24,000 nt of DNA from Streptomyces sp. SM11 (lineage in GTDB: Bacteria; Actinomycetota; Actinomycetes; Streptomycetales; Streptomycetaceae): the NCBI RefSeq assembly GCF_002910905.1, contig NZ_NEUE01000141.1:18883-42882 (forward strand), in the 5' to 3' direction. Shown in pieces: positions 22,381-24,000 of this stretch. A model generated the notes under the pieces. That model did no database searches and was not told the origin of the DNA. It worked only from the letters and a program-made list of their open reading frames with translations. The position numbers were made by a program, and so were the translations under genes. Each line of letters begins with the position of its first letter. Positions within the stretch are counted from its first letter, which is position 1.

Positions 22381-24000
22381 TCAGCCGAGGAGGCCGCCGA
22401 TGGGGTTCCGGCCGCCGCCGCCCGAGGTCGATCCCTCGCCGCCGGAGGAGGTGGAGCCGCCGGTGGGTGCCGGTTCGCCGCCGCCGGAGGAGGCGTCGCC
22501 GCCGGTGGATCCGGACGAGGTGGGTCCGGCGCTGGTGGTGGCCGGGGGCTGCTGCGGGGTGGACTGCTGCGGGGGTGCCTGGCCGGTGCCCTGGGTCTGG
22601 CTGGGCTGGGTGTCCGAGCCGGTGCTCTGGCCGCCGGAGTCGCGGGTCGCACCGCTGCTGGCCTGGCCGGTGGCGGGTGTGGTGGCCGCACCGGAGCGGG
22701 TGGGTTCCGGCTGTCGCTGCTGGTCCGGTGTGCGGGAGGCCTGGCGCTCGCCGGTGGACTCCTGGGGGAGCGGCATGCCGGGGAGGCGGTTGGTGGGGTT
22801 GTCGTTGCGGCCGGGGACGGTGACGACCTCGGTGGAGCGGACGGCACCGCCGAGGATGGAGCCGATGAGCAGGGTGAGGCCGACGACGACCGTCGCGACG
22901 ACGGTGCCCCGGCGCAGGACCCGGCGGCGCAGGTCCCAGATCTCGGAGCGCGGGCCGAGCTTGCGCCAGGCTTCGCCGGCCAGTCGGCCGTCCACGGAGT
23001 AGACCGGGGCGCCCGCGATGATCAGGGGGCTCCAGGCGGCCAGCAGGATGATGTCGGGGGCGTCGTACACGGCGACCGTGCGCCAGCTGACCGTCACCAG
23101 CAGCGCGGCGGAGAGCAGCGCGCCGAACGCGGCGGCGACCCGCTGCCAGAGGCCGAGGACGGTGAGCACGCCGACCACGACCTGGAGGAAGGCGACGGTC
23201 AGTCCGGCGCCGACCGGGTGGGAGAGCGCGAAGTCGCGCAGCGGTTCGGCCAGCGCCCACGGGTTCAGGGAGGTCAGCCACGTGACCATCGAGCCGCGCT
23301 CGCCACCGTCGAAGTAGACGGGGTCGCACAGTTTGCCCATACCGGCGTAGATGGAGATGAAGCCGAGGAGGACCCGCATGGGGAGCAGGACGACGCCCAG
23401 GTTCATCCGGTGGCCGGGGTAATAGGCGTGCCGGACGGAGTCGCCCACGCCGCGTCGGGTGCGGGACTCGGCGGATTCCTCGGCCGCGTCGCGGTCGTCG
23501 CCGATGACACCGTCGGGCCCGGCGACCGGGTCGTCGTACGCGCCGACGGCCTGCCGCATGGGCGGCAGCAGCGGTCCGGTGCGTCCGGGCTGGTGGGGGG
23601 CGGTCAGTACGGGGTTGGGCTGCGTCTCCTCCAGGAGCGGGATGACCTGTGTCGCGCCCGCTTCGTGCCCGTCCCCGGACACCCCGCCGAGTCCGGCGTC
23701 GAGGTGTCCCGAGGTGGAGTTGCGCACGGCCTGGAGGAGGCCCGTCGCACCGGGGTCGCCGGGAGCGGACTTCCCACTCCAGACGACCGGTGCCCGCCTG
23801 CGGGCTCCGGCGGCGCCGCTCATGGCGGGGATGCGGGCCGTTTCCGCGGGGGCACCGCGCAGCCGTGCGCGCTGGCCCGGGGCGAGCTGCACCCGGAAGC
23901 TGGCGTGGTTGACGATGACCTGCGCGGGGTCGCTGTCCACCTTGGTCATGCTCAGGGCGGGTTGCTCGTCGAACCGAGGCGTTCTGGTGTCCACACTCAT
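22381..24000 (-). CDS. DoxX-like integral membrane protein with long low-complexity N- and C-terminal regions
   Basis: 539-aa ORF. Central hydrophobic core (LLPMRVLLGFISIYAGMGKL..., GLTVAFLQVVVGVLTVLGLW, FGALLSAALLV...). C-terminal S/G/T/P/Q-rich tail. The ATG sits at the very last bases of the window, so the true start may be off-window. Confidence 0.7.
   Translation of the reverse strand: MSVDTRTPRFDEQPALSMTKVDSDPAQVIVNHASFRVQLAPGQRARLRGAPAETARIPAMSGAAGARRRAPVVWSGKSAPGDPGATGLLQAVRNSTSGHLDAGLGGVSGDGHEAGATQVIPLLEETQPNPVLTAPHQPGRTGPLLPPMRQAVGAYDDPVAGPDGVIGDDRDAAEESAESRTRRGVGDSVRHAYYPGHRMNLGVVLLPMRVLLGFISIYAGMGKLCDPVYFDGGERGSMVTWLTSLNPWALAEPLRDFALSHPVGAGLTVAFLQVVVGVLTVLGLWQRVAAAFGALLSAALLVTVSWRTVAVYDAPDIILLAAWSPLIIAGAPVYSVDGRLAGEAWRKLGPRSEIWDLRRRVLRRGTVVATVVVGLTLLIGSILGGAVRSTEVVTVPGRNDNPTNRLPGMPLPQESTGERQASRTPDQQRQPEPTRSGAATTPATGQASSGATRDSGGQSTGSDTQPSQTQGTGQAPPQQSTPQQPPATTSAGPTSSGSTGGDASSGGGEPAPTGGSTSSGGEGSTSGGGGRNPIGGLLG

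Overview
High-GC actinobacterial DNA, Streptomyces-like: third codon positions are almost all G/C, and msiK and a long-type argG are present. I call about 22 genes or pseudogenes, one tRNA and one IS-type element. Left to right: NarL-type two-component pair (HK 147-1340, RR 1337-1972); AraC-family regulator; small-molecule O-methyltransferase; acidic hypothetical protein; pentapeptide-repeat protein (-). Next is a decayed stretch: a coding-like remnant (5511-5836), an APH(6)-like kinase (-), a frameshifted and truncated FAD-oxidoreductase remnant that abuts the MarR stop, and MarR (-) divergent from a DHA2-type MFS exporter that needs two frame corrections. Then: AurF-like diiron oxygenase plus ferredoxin-fused NADPH:ferredoxin reductase (FprB-like) (-); a minus-strand operon of RHH/HicB-like, DUF4097, ABC ATPase and ABC-2 permease; argG (-); tRNA-Thr(TGT) (-) with a strong terminator. 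A solo tnpB (IS200/IS605-type RNA-guided nuclease) follows, with about 370 nt of structured non-coding DNA (candidate omega-RNA) directly upstream of msiK. The window ends with a small secreted protein, a sugar-phosphate nucleotidyltransferase and a DoxX-type membrane protein (-). Most noteworthy: (1) the apparently intact tnpB and its putative guide-RNA region between tRNA-Thr and msiK; (2) a helically phased GGCAC(C)/GTGGCACCAC array and a perfect palindrome in the long intergenic region upstream of the RHH-DUF4097-ABC operon; (3) three short tandem repeats whose unit lengths are not multiples of 3 and that each carry TGA, giving stops in all frames at gene ends; (4) clustered frame disruptions, all at short homopolymers, which are either real gene decay or sequencing error. 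No CRISPR array, rRNA or biosynthetic core enzymes were seen. All family assignments rest on motifs read by eye; no searches were run.
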